Shown one piece after another: positions 8,064 to 17,402 of a stretch of 43,965 bases of DNA. How positions within the stretch are numbered: the stretch's first letter is position 1; the number at the start of each line of letters is the position of its first letter. The notes under the pieces were generated by a model. That model was not told the DNA's origin. It was given only the letters and a program-made list of their open reading frames with translations, and searched no databases. This DNA comes from Planctomycetota bacterium. Its GTDB lineage: Bacteria; Planctomycetota; UBA1135; UBA2386. A program made the translations under genes and the position numbers. Location of the stretch: NCBI GenBank assembly GCA_947501605.1, contig CANMWZ010000038.1, positions 1 through 43,965 on the forward strand, read 5' to 3'.

Positions 8064-9727
8064 GCCTGCAGAAGCGCCTCGATCGCCGCGCGCAACTTCC
8101 CATGCCCGTCGAACGCGCGCACGAAGTCCGACTCGCGCCGAGCCCCCTTCCCGAGCACCACCTCGCGCAACCCCTTCAACTCCTTCGCCGACCACGTCCC
8201 CACGCCCGGCAACACCGCCACCAGCGGCGCCCAGCGCGAGAACGCCAACCGCTCCCCTTCCGACAAAGCCGAGAGGCGCGGCACCGACAACAGCTTCTGC
8301 ATTGCCTTCACGCACTCCGCCTCGCCGCGTTCGCGATCTGCCCCGAACCGCAGAGCCAGCATCCGCGTCACCGCTTCGCCGACCTTTGCCAACGGCAGGA
8401 TGCCGATCACGTCGTCGCGCTGCTCTTCCATGTGATAGTAGACGTTTTCCGGCGCGAGCTTCTTCAGCGTCGCGATCGACGAGCGATAACCCGGCTTTCG
8501 CTCCATCCGATCGAGTTCGCGCCGCATCAACTGCAGCACCGAGCGGTCGCGCGAGCGGAACATCAACTTCTGATAGAACCACCACGCGCCGCTCTGCAGC
8601 GCCTCGTCGTTCTCGTGCCCGATCTGATAGGGAAAGATCGTGAAGGAGTCCGTGCCAAACAGCGCGCGCACCGTCGCCAGCACGCGGCCATACACGTGGC
8701 CCGCCTCGCCGCCGCGGAACGTGTCGAACACGTTGTAGGCGATCTCGGCCGAGCCGAAGAGCGCGCTGTTGAGCACGTAGCCCATCGGCGTGCCGTTCTT
8801 CAGCGTGAGGAAGCCATAGACCGCCTCGAGCAGGAGCCGCCGTTCGGGGATCACGCCGATCGCCGCGAACGACAGCCCGTCTTCCCATTCGACCAGCCGC
8901 ACGTCGTTGCAGTCGCCATAGGCAAAGGCGTCGAGGTCGCGTTGGCGCGTGACCATCGCGTCGCGCGCCATCTCGACATACCGAGCGCCTTCCTTCGGGT
9001 CGAGTTCGCGGACCGCGAGCGGCGACTCGTGCAGCACGGCCTTCAGGTCGGGCCGCGCACTGTGAACCGGTCCCTTCTGGTAGGCGACGCGAGCGACCGG
9101 TGCAGCAGCCAGCGTCCGCGACGGCGTGCCCTTATCCGGAGCGAGCCGCAGCCACAAACCGAGCGCTTCGTAAGCCTTCTCGTGGACGAACGGGTCGCGG
9201 TGCAACGCCTGCATCCGCTGCACTACGTAGGTTGCGTCCGTCGTCTTGTTGCCGCGCTGCAGGTCGATCCACTCGCGGGTCGTACGCTCCTGCTCGTCGA
9301 GTGCAGGAGTCTCGGCCCAGCGCGACAACAGCGGCAGCACGCGCGTGAGCGCTTCGACCTCGTCGTCGTCCCAGCAGATGGTCAGTTGGCGCGGAAACTT
9401 GGCGGCAAGGCGCGCCGCCGTGGCGGCAAAGAACAGGTACTGGATAGCGGTCCCCGCCACACCAGTGTCCTCGAGTTGGGTGGCAAATCGACGCAGGTCG
9501 CGGCGTTGCGCAAACGTGCGCAGCAGGCCCTGTGCTGCCTTCAACACGCGCTCGTCATCGGGGTAGGCCCGCACAAAGCACAGGTGCTCGTGGAGCTCCA
9601 GCACCGCCGCAGCAGTTGGCAACTGCAGGTGGCGAAGGCTTCGCAGCAGGGAGAGCTTGGTGGCCGCGGCGGCCGGCGAGAACTCGAACTTGGTGCGGAG
9701 GAGCGCACGCAGGGCCGTCATAGTCAT
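8060..9727 (-). CDS. Hypothetical ~555-aa protein with a probable GNAT-like domain
   Basis: Long protein-like ORF. NVFDTFRGGEAG and NDEALQSGAWWFYQKLMF resemble GNAT motifs A and B. Its stop overlaps the BtuF-like start. Start is 9727 or 9721. Confidence 0.7.
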   Translation of the reverse strand: MTMTALRALLRTKFEFSPAAAATKLSLLRSLRHLQLPTAAAVLELHEHLCFVRAYPDDERVLKAAQGLLRTFAQRRDLRRFATQLEDTGVAGTAIQYLFFAATAARLAAKFPRQLTICWDDDEVEALTRVLPLLSRWAETPALDEQERTTREWIDLQRGNKTTDATYVVQRMQALHRDPFVHEKAYEALGLWLRLAPDKGTPSRTLAAAPVARVAYQKGPVHSARPDLKAVLHESPLAVRELDPKEGARYVEMARDAMVTRQRDLDAFAYGDCNDVRLVEWEDGLSFAAIGVIPERRLLLEAVYGFLTLKNGTPMGYVLNSALFGSAEIAYNVFDTFRGGEAGHVYGRVLATVRALFGTDSFTIFPYQIGHENDEALQSGAWWFYQKLMFRSRDRSVLQLMRRELDRMERKPGYRSSIATLKKLAPENVYYHMEEQRDDVIGILPLAKVGEAVTRMLALRFGADRERGEAECVKAMQKLLSVPRLSALSEGERLAFSRWAPLVAVLPGVGTWSAKELKGLREVVLGKGARRESDFVRAFDGHGKLRAAIEALLQA

Positions 9728-9842
9728 CAGGAGCGATGGTGCCGGCGACCGCTGCTCTTCGCCAGTCGCTGCTCGGCCCACCAGACGGGAGCCGTTCGGC
9801 GCTTTCGCTGCGCGCGCCCCTTTGCGATCATGCTCCGCCCCC

Positions 9843-11291
9843 ATGCGAACGCATCCCGGACTCGGACTCGCTGCAGCAGCTTGGCTCGCCCTCGCCGCTG
9901 CGTTCGCGCCCGCGCAGGAGCCCGCACCTGCACCCACACCGGCACCGGCACCCACACCGGCACCTGCCCCGAGCGCCAGCGAGCGCCTCGAAACCTGGCC
10001 TTCTGGCACGGTCAAGCTGCGCGTGCCGCTCGACGAGCAAGGTCGCGAACACGGGCTGATGGAGACCTTCGCCGAGAACGGCACCAAGACCTCGGCCATC
10101 AACTGGGCCCACGGCCAGAAGCACGGCACGGCCAAGGAGTGGGACGAACAGGGCAAGAAGCTGCGGTTCCTCGCGTTCAAGGACGGCGCGCTGCACGGCC
10201 GCTGCGAAGAGTTCCACGCGACCGGCCGCACCAGCAGCGCCGGCAGCTACCGCGACGGCCTTCGGACCGGCCCCTGGACCTTCGAGGACGAGACCGGCCT
10301 GCGCCGCAAGACCGCCGACTACAAGGACGACCTGCAACACGGTCCGACTCGCATCCACCTCGGCGACAAGCTCGCGAGCAAGCAAACGTGGAAGCTCGGG
10401 GTGCTGGAAGAGCGCGACGGCCTGCGCCCCTTTGCCATCCCGAAGCTGCAGCGCATCCGCGATCTCCGCGCGATCCACGACGCCGCGCCCGGATCGCTCG
10501 ACGCGACCGATCCCCTGGCCGCCGAACGCGCAGCGGCATTGCGCCGCCTGCAGACCTACCGCGCCTTGTGTGGATTGCCGTTCGCCGGCATGTCGCTCGT
10601 GCCCGAATGGAACCAGAAGTGTGATGCCGCCGCCGAAGTCTGCCGCCGCATCGGCAAGCTCGACCACACACCACCGAAACCCGACGGCGTCGACGACGTG
10701 CGCTATCAACTTGGCTACGAAGGGGCGGGCCACAGCAATCTCGCGATCGACGACTCGCTGCCATCCTCGGTCGACGGCTACATGGACGACAGCGACGCGT
10801 CCAATATCGATCGCATCGGCCACCGCCGCTGGTGCCTCAATCCGCCGATGAAGAAGACCGGGTTCGGCAGCGACGGCACGTTCCACGCGATGTGGTCGTT
10901 CGACGAGAGCGGCCAAGATCCCAAAGGGCTCGACGCCGTCTACTACCCGCCGCCCGGCTACGTGCCGGTGGACCTGTTCTCGCCGCGGCGCGCGTTCTCG
11001 ATCATGATCGTGCGCGGCACGACACCCAAGAAGGACGACCTCGCGGTCTCGCTGCGAGCTCTCGACGACGACTTCATGCCGATCGGCGGTGAGTTCGGCC
11101 TCGATCATTGCGAGGTGGCCCCGAGTGGCTTCGGCGGCCAACCGTGCATCGTCTTCCGACCGACGGGTTTCGCCGTCGAACCCGGCGTCCGCTACCTGAT
11201 CGAGGTCAGCTACGACAAGGGCAAGACGCACCAACACGTCTACATCGTCGAGTTCGTCGAGGGGATCGTCGAGGGTGGAGCCGGCCGATGA
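9843..11291 (+). CDS. Secreted MORN-variant (YwqK-like) repeat + CAP/SCP domain protein
   Basis: Signal peptide, Pro-Ala-Thr linker, HG..EW...G repeats, CAP motifs LDHTPP, SNLA and GHRRWCLNP. Confidence 0.75.
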   Translation: MRTHPGLGLAAAAWLALAAAFAPAQEPAPAPTPAPAPTPAPAPSASERLETWPSGTVKLRVPLDEQGREHGLMETFAENGTKTSAINWAHGQKHGTAKEWDEQGKKLRFLAFKDGALHGRCEEFHATGRTSSAGSYRDGLRTGPWTFEDETGLRRKTADYKDDLQHGPTRIHLGDKLASKQTWKLGVLEERDGLRPFAIPKLQRIRDLRAIHDAAPGSLDATDPLAAERAAALRRLQTYRALCGLPFAGMSLVPEWNQKCDAAAEVCRRIGKLDHTPPKPDGVDDVRYQLGYEGAGHSNLAIDDSLPSSVDGYMDDSDASNIDRIGHRRWCLNPPMKKTGFGSDGTFHAMWSFDESGQDPKGLDAVYYPPPGYVPVDLFSPRRAFSIMIVRGTTPKKDDLAVSLRALDDDFMPIGGEFGLDHCEVAPSGFGGQPCIVFRPTGFAVEPGVRYLIEVSYDKGKTHQHVYIVEFVEGIVEGGAGR

Positions 11292-11980
11292 GTTCGTTCG
11301 AAGAACTCGACGTGCAGAACACGCCCTTGGGCGAACTGATCCTGCGCCGCCGTCAACCGGTGTCGATGCCGGGCACCTTCGTCCACGAGGTCAAACTCGA
11401 CGGGCGCTTCCTGATGTCGAGCCTCGTGGCCGACAGCGAACGCGAACTCGCGCGCCGCGGGCTCGCGCGCCTCGCTCGCGGCGATCTCGCGGTGATGGTC
11501 GGCGGCCTCGGGCTCGGCCACACGGCAGCGGCGGTCTTGCAGGATCCGAGAGTGCGTTCGCTCGATGTCGTCGAACTGCTGCCCCAGGTCATCGCGTGGC
11601 ACACGCGACGATTGGTGCCGATGGGCGAAGTGCTCTGCAACGACGCGCGCTGCCGGCTCGTGCAGGACGACTGCTTCGCGCGTCTGCTGCGCGAACCCGA
11701 TCGTCGCTACGACGCGATCCTGATCGACATCGACGACGCGCCCGACGACGTGCTCGATGCGTCGCACACGGGGTTCTACTCGGCTACCAACCTCAGGATG
11801 GCGAAGCGCTGGCTCGCGCCGGACGGTGTGTTCGCGCTGTGGACGAACGTCGAGGCGCGCGATCCGTTCGCCGGGCGGTTGCGCGAGGCCTTCGCGCAGG
11901 TCGAGTGCGAGGACGTCGTGTTCGACAACCCGCTGCTCGAGGAGTCGGAGACCAACGCGCTGTACTTCGCGCGCGGGTGA
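11288..11980 (+). CDS. Spermidine synthase-like SAM-binding protein
   Basis: FLMSS, SERELA, VMVGGLGLGHT, VVEL, YDAILIDIDDAP. ATGA overlap with the upstream gene. Confidence 0.85.
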   Translation: MSSFEELDVQNTPLGELILRRRQPVSMPGTFVHEVKLDGRFLMSSLVADSERELARRGLARLARGDLAVMVGGLGLGHTAAAVLQDPRVRSLDVVELLPQVIAWHTRRLVPMGEVLCNDARCRLVQDDCFARLLREPDRRYDAILIDIDDAPDDVLDASHTGFYSATNLRMAKRWLAPDGVFALWTNVEARDPFAGRLREAFAQVECEDVVFDNPLLEESETNALYFARG

Positions 11981-11998
11981 GGCGGGATCAGGGGCGGA

Positions 11999-12027
11999 TT
12001 GTCGGAACCGTCGGCGTGGGCTACCCT
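11999..12027 (+). promoter_or_regulatory. Putative sigma70-type promoter of the DUF433/PIN operon (near-leaderless)
   Basis: TTGTCG-N17-TACCCT, ending 8 nt before ATG 12036. No Shine-Dalgarno in between. Confidence 0.55.
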
Positions 12028-12035
12028 CGTCCCTC

Positions 12036-12254
12036 ATGTTGGACTGGTCGCAATGCCCTGCCGTCGAGCGGGTCACGGACCGCGTCAGCGGAGCCTGGGT
12101 GTTCCGCGGCACGCGCATCCCCGTGAAGGCCCTCTTCGAGAACCTCGATGGTGGAGCGAGCGTCTCCCAATTCGTCGAGTGGTTCCCGGGAGTGACCCTC
12201 GAGCAGGTCCATGCCGTCCTCGAGCATGCGGCCAAGAGCCTCGCCGTGGCGTGA
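12036..12254 (+). CDS. DUF433 antitoxin (VapB45-like)
   Basis: SGAWVFRGTRIPVKALFENL...FPGVTLEQVHAVL is the DUF433 pattern. Confidence 0.9.
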   Translation: MLDWSQCPAVERVTDRVSGAWVFRGTRIPVKALFENLDGGASVSQFVEWFPGVTLEQVHAVLEHAAKSLAVA

Positions 12255-12288
12255 GCCCGGAAGCAGGCGCTTCGACACCTCCCATCCG

Positions 12289-12606
12289 ATGCGAATCCTC
12301 TTCGATCAGGGCACACCGGCTCCCCTGCGACGATCCCTGCCTTCGCACTCCATCCAGACGGCTCACGAACTCGGCTGGTCTTCCCTTTCCAACGGAGACC
12401 TGCTCGCAGCAGCACAACGCGAACGATTCGACGCGTTGGTAACCACGGACAAGAATCTCCGCTACCAGCAGAATCTCGCCGATCGGCGAATCGCCATCCT
12501 GGTGCTGCCAACCACCAGCTGGCCGACCATCCAGCGTCACACGCATTCGATCGCGATGGCCCTTCAGGCCATGAGCCCGGGCGGCTACGCCGAGCTCCAG
12601 TTCTGA
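12289..12606 (+). CDS. DUF5615/VapC45-like PIN-domain toxin
   Basis: MRILFDQGTP, NGDLL, LVTTDKNLRYQQNL, directly downstream of DUF433. Confidence 0.85.
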   Translation: MRILFDQGTPAPLRRSLPSHSIQTAHELGWSSLSNGDLLAAAQRERFDALVTTDKNLRYQQNLADRRIAILVLPTTSWPTIQRHTHSIAMALQAMSPGGYAELQF

Positions 12607-12612
12607 CGAACC

Positions 12613-13107
12613 TCAGCCCGCCGGCCGGATGTCCTTCATCGCCACGCGACGCGCGGCGCCCGACGGCAGGAACCATGTCGCCTCGTCGAGCACGCGGAAC
12701 TCGCCGCGCGCGGCCTGGAACTGCAGGACGATCACGTCGCGTCGCAGATCCTCGTAGTCCCAGAAGCGATCGTTCGACAGCACGAGCGAACGCGAGGCGC
12801 TCGCGAAGGCGAGCAGACCAGGATCCGCGGCCACGAAGGGCTCCGTGACGCGGACCTCGGCGCCTGCACTCGCACACACAGCGCGGATCGCGTCCTCGAC
12901 CTCGCGGCCGAGCCGCCGCAACGTCGCGTGATCGAAGACCGCGACGACCGGCAACGACGGCGCCCACTCCCTCGCCCACGCGAGCGCCTGCACCACGCGC
13001 GTCGGCGCGCCGCTCGTCGCACTCGCCGTAACGTTGCTGCCGTCGAGCACGATGCCGCGCGGAGGGGGCGGCGCCGGTGGAACGGGCTTGCGGCGGCGGA
13101 TGGTCAT
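12613..13107 (-). CDS. NYN/Zc3h12a-like PIN-fold ribonuclease
   Basis: IVLDGSNV, VFD, AD..LL and VLSNDRFWDY acidic motifs. Confidence 0.75.
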   Translation of the reverse strand: MTIRRRKPVPPAPPPPRGIVLDGSNVTASATSGAPTRVVQALAWAREWAPSLPVVAVFDHATLRRLGREVEDAIRAVCASAGAEVRVTEPFVAADPGLLAFASASRSLVLSNDRFWDYEDLRRDVIVLQFQAARGEFRVLDEATWFLPSGAARRVAMKDIRPAG

Positions 13108-13291
13108 GGCAGTGCGAGGACGCGTTCACGCCGGCGGAGCCTTCGTGCAGGCAGCATCGAATGACCTCCGGGCGCGTGACTTCGAGGAAGGCCCAGACAC
13201 CGCAGCGGCCTAGCGATCGCTCCGAGGCACCAGAGATCACGCCGTAGACGGCGTCGCTCGGGGGGCGCCAACGGGGCGGCTGATTGGCCCT

Positions 13292-14914
13292 TCACTGCAC
13301 CCAGAAGTCCCGCCGCTTCGTCCACGCTTCGAATCCTGTGGCAGGGTCGAGCACGAGCCACTGGACGGCGAAGCGTTGACCTGCCGTTGCGGCGAGACGG
13401 CGTGGCAGATCGAAGAAGGCGTAGCCGCGATCGATGCCGGTCGTGCCCGTGACGGTGGTGCCTACGGCGTCCATCGGGACGAGCAGCGAACAGCCTGGGA
13501 ATCCGAAGGAGCCGAGGGCGACGGGGAGAGGAAGCCCACTCGTGGTCGTCGCAGTGCCGCTGCCGAGGATGCACCAGGCGAGCGCAGCGGGTGGGGCGTT
13601 CGCGATCTGCAGGCGCGAGCCGGTCGGGGTGGTACGGAGGCCGGGAACCATTGCCTCGCCGGTCGTCGAGCAACTGGAGCCGGTGATGCTCGATCGCGGA
13701 GGCTCGCTTCGCCAGACCTGGAGCCGGCCGCCGTTGCCGACCAAATCGTTGAATGCGACCGCAAAGACCGGATGTGGATTGCCTGGGCGGACACCAAGGT
13801 CCGCGACATAGAACCCGTAGCTGCCCCAGCCGATCTCCGCGTGCGTCTCCTGAAGGAGCCAGTCATCGCGCGACGACAACGCCTTGATCATGCCATAGTA
13901 GATGTTAGGCGGTGCCTGACAGGCCCGGCAGGAGAACAGCACGTCCGGGACCCCATCCAGGTCCACGTCGTACCTGCCGCTGATCGGATCGCCGAGAAGG
14001 AAGTTGGGGTCCGACCAGACGTGAAGGACTGCCCCAGTGGCCCCCGACCACACCATCGTGATCTGGCGGCTGGATCCCAGGCTGATTTCGTTGGACGCCA
14101 GCAAGTCAGGCACCCCGTCTCGGTCGAAATCGCCTGCGTTTGCGACGAAGCCGCCGATGAGGTCGAAGGGCTGCAAGCCGAAGTGGGACCGAATCAGCGT
14201 TCCCGTGCGGCCGGAGAACAAGAACGCGCCACCCTGAAGCTGCGGACCACCCAGCGCACCGACGAGGAAGTCCTCACCGCCGTCGCCGTCGCGATCGCCG
14301 ACGTTGGCGATGCTTCGAATCACCCAGCCGTACGACAGAGCCGGGATGGAATAGCGGAGCACCCCCTGGTGATTGAACGCGTAGAGAACGGAAGTGACCG
14401 ATGTGCGTGTGGCGGCCAACAGGTCGCCAAGTCCGTCTCCATCGAGGTCGATGCGGGGCTCCATGCCCACACCGAAATCGCCACCGATGGGATTCACCAC
14501 AGGCGAGGGCCCTGTGGCGGGCGGAATGCGAAACAGCTCTTGGTTCAGCCGAGGAGAATGCACGTGCATAGTGAAACTGCTGAACCACACATATTCGTCG
14601 TAGCCATCGCCATCGCAGTCCCCAGCCAATCCTACGAAGGTGTCTCCGTAGAATGGCGAATTCTGGTACAAGAGTGCTCCGCTGGCTCCCGAAAGGACGC
14701 ACAGCGACCTGGTCGGAGCCGGGACGGTCGCAGTGAACCGATAGGCGAGGATATCGTCGACGCCATCGCGGTCGAAGTCACTGAATGGATAGCACTCGCG
14801 GTAGCCTCCATTGTTGACTGGTGTAATCTCCCAGAGCAACTGCTGCCCTTGCACCGAGGCCAAGGCAAGCAACAGCACTAGGCACAGCCTGCTAGTGGAC
14901 CTGCTAGTGGACAT
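13292..14914 (-). CDS. Secreted FG-GAP/VCBS repeat protein with C-terminal beta-domain
   Basis: Signal peptide. Repeated DFDRDGVDD, GDCDGDGYDE, DLDGDGLGD, GDRDGDGGED, GDFDRDGVPD. Confidence 0.85.
   Translation of the reverse strand: MSTSRSTSRLCLVLLLALASVQGQQLLWEITPVNNGGYRECYPFSDFDRDGVDDILAYRFTATVPAPTRSLCVLSGASGALLYQNSPFYGDTFVGLAGDCDGDGYDEYVWFSSFTMHVHSPRLNQELFRIPPATGPSPVVNPIGGDFGVGMEPRIDLDGDGLGDLLAATRTSVTSVLYAFNHQGVLRYSIPALSYGWVIRSIANVGDRDGDGGEDFLVGALGGPQLQGGAFLFSGRTGTLIRSHFGLQPFDLIGGFVANAGDFDRDGVPDLLASNEISLGSSRQITMVWSGATGAVLHVWSDPNFLLGDPISGRYDVDLDGVPDVLFSCRACQAPPNIYYGMIKALSSRDDWLLQETHAEIGWGSYGFYVADLGVRPGNPHPVFAVAFNDLVGNGGRLQVWRSEPPRSSITGSSCSTTGEAMVPGLRTTPTGSRLQIANAPPAALAWCILGSGTATTTSGLPLPVALGSFGFPGCSLLVPMDAVGTTVTGTTGIDRGYAFFDLPRRLAATAGQRFAVQWLVLDPATGFEAWTKRRDFWVQ
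14888..14911. repeat. 12-bp tandem duplication in the signal-peptide coding region
   Basis: cctgctagtgga x2, encoding STSR-STSR. Confidence 0.85.
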
Positions 14915-14932
14915 GGCGATGGGAATTGACTA

Positions 14933-15210
14933 TCAGACGATTTGGATCCAACCAGCGGGAGAAGGCACTCCTCCGCTGGTCAAGGCGAACACCATGTAGT
15001 AGCCGCGCGGAGCCAGGGTCTCAGGTGGCATATTGCATAGGACCGAAGCAGTCCAAGTCTGCGACTCCATGTCGACTCCGAGCTGCTCCAGCTCGATGTA
15101 CCGGGCGTGCATGTCGCTGTGGTGAGTCATCGCGCCAGGGGCCATGAGCACGATCTTGCCTAGTGGAACAGGTAGTGGAAGGCCTGGGTCAACGAAACCG
15201 CCATTGGCTC
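14933..15210 (-). pseudogene. 3' remnant of a galactose oxidase-like gene (C-terminal early-set/DUF1929 domain only)
   Basis: KIVLMAPGAMTHHSDMHARYIEL...APRGYYMVF...GVPS matches the DUF1929 pattern. In-frame TGA at ~15239-15241 and no upstream kelch domain. Left-over 5' boundary is approximate. Confidence 0.65.
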
Positions 15211-15348
15211 GCGTTCGGCGACGGAGCCCCCTGCGCCGTCACCGCGCCTCCGCTACCCTCGGGCGCAAGCAGCGAACCGAATCAGGCCTCCTCTCCAATA
15301 CGTCGCAACGACTGCCGGTCCGCCGGCGCGCGCAAGGTCGATCCAATC

Positions 15349-15462
15349 CTAGTAGGGTGGGCGCTCTCCATCCGCGAGCCAAGCGGCGAAGCGCTCGAGT
15401 TGGGCTGTGCCGTCGAGTCGCACCAGCAGCTCGGCGCAGAAGTCGCGGATCGACTCGTTCAC
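15349..15462 (-). pseudogene. 37-codon ORF coupled to the GT-C gene, possibly an interrupted gene
   Basis: GTG start overlaps the GT-C stop (GTGA). Reads (M)NESIRDFCAELLVRLDGTAQLERFAAWLADGERPPY*, and the frame continues DWIDLARAGG after the TAG. Confidence 0.35.
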
Positions 15463-16820
15463 GCAGCCAGATCGTTCGCGCGCGCCTCGCGCACGAGGGC
15501 CGCGGTCCACACCAGCGCCGCTGGCACCAACTGGAACAGCACGCGCCGATGCGAGGTCTGCAGGTGGAACCACAGCACCAAGTAGCTGCCGATGTAGATC
15601 AGGTGCAGCACCACGACGGCGGCAACGATCACGAAGGTCGGCACCAGCAGCGCGCGCGTTGCCACTGTTCGCCAGGCAACGAGCGCTGCCACGAACGGCA
15701 CGACGAGCACCACGTGCAACCGCCGCGGGTCGAGTAGCAGTTCTCCTGCGGCGAGCAGCACCGGCAGCGCGCGGTCGCCGAACTGGGCCACGAACAACTC
15801 CGGCACGGAGCCTTCCGGACCGCCCTTGCCGAACAGGTCGTTGTGCAGCGAGAACCATCGGTTCCACGCGAACTGGCCGACCGCGACCGCGAGCGGCAGC
15901 AGAAGCCACAGATGCGCGACCGAGATCTTCGGCCGGGCAACGCGCCCCAAGACCACCGCACCGACATACCCCGCGACGGCGAGCGCCACGTAGAGCGACG
16001 CCTCGTTCTTGCTCCACAGTGCGAAGGCGCAGCCGATCGCCGCCATCGCGCGATGCGACCGATGCGGGGATTCCTGTTCGCGCAAGAACCCGTCGATCAG
16101 CAGCACGAGCCCGAGCCCGACCATGCCGTCGGCATAGGCCGTCGAGCTCATGTGACGGAACTCGGGCTCCAGCACGAGCGGCAACACCAACAACGCCGCC
16201 ACGCCGCAGCCGGCCCGCCTCTTCACCGCGGCGGCCACCGCGAACACCAGCGACAGCGCGCACAGCTGGATCGGCCAGCGATTCCCGATGTGCACGACCT
16301 CGCCGTTGCCGGCGTAGACGAAGGCCTGCAGCAGTGGATTCAGCAGCGGATAGTCAGGGTGTGGCGTGTAGGTCTGCGCCAACACGAACTCCGAGCGATA
16401 CCAGTCGAGATAGAGCGACTTCGCCTTCGCCGCCCACAGATTGGCCTCGTCGCCGAGCAAGCACGGGAAGGCCGCCGCTGCCGCGAAGTGCAGCGCGAAC
16501 ACGACCACCGCGAACGCGAGCACGAGTCGCAAGAAGAGGCTCGTTCGCGGCGCGGGATCCAGCGATGGCGCAGCGGCGCTCAGAGACGAGCACGCGAGCA
16601 CGACGCCCCCGATCGGCAGCGGCAACCACAGCCAATACTGAGGTTCCACCCCGCCGATCACTGCGAGCCACAATCCGAGCCCGAGCACGAGACACCCGGC
16701 CGGCCAGACGAAGCCACAGAAGGTCATCCAGTCTGCGCGCGCGCGCATTCCACAGGCCCCCAACACCAGTGCGCCGAGCAGAAGGATCGAAGCCATCACC
16801 CACAGCATCGCGAACGTCAC
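15459..16820 (-). CDS. Polytopic GT-C (GT39/ArnT-like) glycosyltransferase
   Basis: Many TM helices, loop GDEANLWAAKAK...HPDYPLL, YAD and KNE motifs. GTGA coupling to the upstream gene. Confidence 0.7.
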   Translation of the reverse strand: MTFAMLWVMASILLLGALVLGACGMRARADWMTFCGFVWPAGCLVLGLGLWLAVIGGVEPQYWLWLPLPIGGVVLACSSLSAAAPSLDPAPRTSLFLRLVLAFAVVVFALHFAAAAAFPCLLGDEANLWAAKAKSLYLDWYRSEFVLAQTYTPHPDYPLLNPLLQAFVYAGNGEVVHIGNRWPIQLCALSLVFAVAAAVKRRAGCGVAALLVLPLVLEPEFRHMSSTAYADGMVGLGLVLLIDGFLREQESPHRSHRAMAAIGCAFALWSKNEASLYVALAVAGYVGAVVLGRVARPKISVAHLWLLLPLAVAVGQFAWNRWFSLHNDLFGKGGPEGSVPELFVAQFGDRALPVLLAAGELLLDPRRLHVVLVVPFVAALVAWRTVATRALLVPTFVIVAAVVVLHLIYIGSYLVLWFHLQTSHRRVLFQLVPAALVWTAALVREARANDLAA

Positions 16821-17356
16821 TTGCCGACCTCGCGCAGGAGCCAATGCCGCACGCGAACGCCGACCCGACGTTCGTGCACGAGTTCGAACACCCCATCGTC
16901 GGGCAGCTGCCCGTCCTGCTGCAGCAGGTCGACGACGAGCAGCTTGCCGCGCAGTTCGGGCGCCAACCACGAACGCAGCTCCTCAGGATCGCGGGCCATG
17001 CGCGCTTCGCGCGGCCGCGGGTAGAGCAGGTTGCGATAGAGCTGCACCCGGCTCTCGAGCATCTCGGTCAACGTGCCCTTCGCATCCTCGGGCACCGTGT
17101 CGAACGGATACCACAGCACGAGTCGCCCGTCCTCGTGCAGATGCTGCCGCAGCGAAGCGAGTTCGTCGTCCGGGATCCCGGTCGCTTCGCGCAGCACGAA
17201 CGCGTCGCCCGCGTTCGCCTTCTGCACGTCGGCGAGCTCCGCGGGGAGCTTCTCGGCCCACCCGATCGCCAAGAACGGGATCGACGTCGCGACCAGCGCG
17301 AGCGAAGCGGCAGCGAGCCGCAGGCGCAGCTTCGTCGACGGGTCGGAGGCGAACAT
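16817..17356 (-). CDS. Hypothetical membrane-anchored protein
   Basis: N-terminal hydrophobic helix, NLLYPR motif, coupled to the GT-C gene. Confidence 0.65.
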   Translation of the reverse strand: MFASDPSTKLRLRLAAASLALVATSIPFLAIGWAEKLPAELADVQKANAGDAFVLREATGIPDDELASLRQHLHEDGRLVLWYPFDTVPEDAKGTLTEMLESRVQLYRNLLYPRPREARMARDPEELRSWLAPELRGKLLVVDLLQQDGQLPDDGVFELVHERRVGVRVRHWLLREVGK

Positions 17357-17402
17357 GGCGGCGGACCATAGCGGACCGCCGGCCGCGAGCTACAAGCTCG
17401 CG

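Noticed and set aside
9921..9970. Repeated cacc(g/t)gcacc units
   Set aside because: Encodes a Pro-Ala-Thr linker after the signal peptide.
8054..10624. 856-aa plus-strand ORF and similar long ORFs (15407..17371, 23102..25042, 11240..13240, 19396..21045)
   Set aside because: Antisense or off-frame shadows of motif-bearing genes, as expected in high-GC DNA, with no recognisable motifs.
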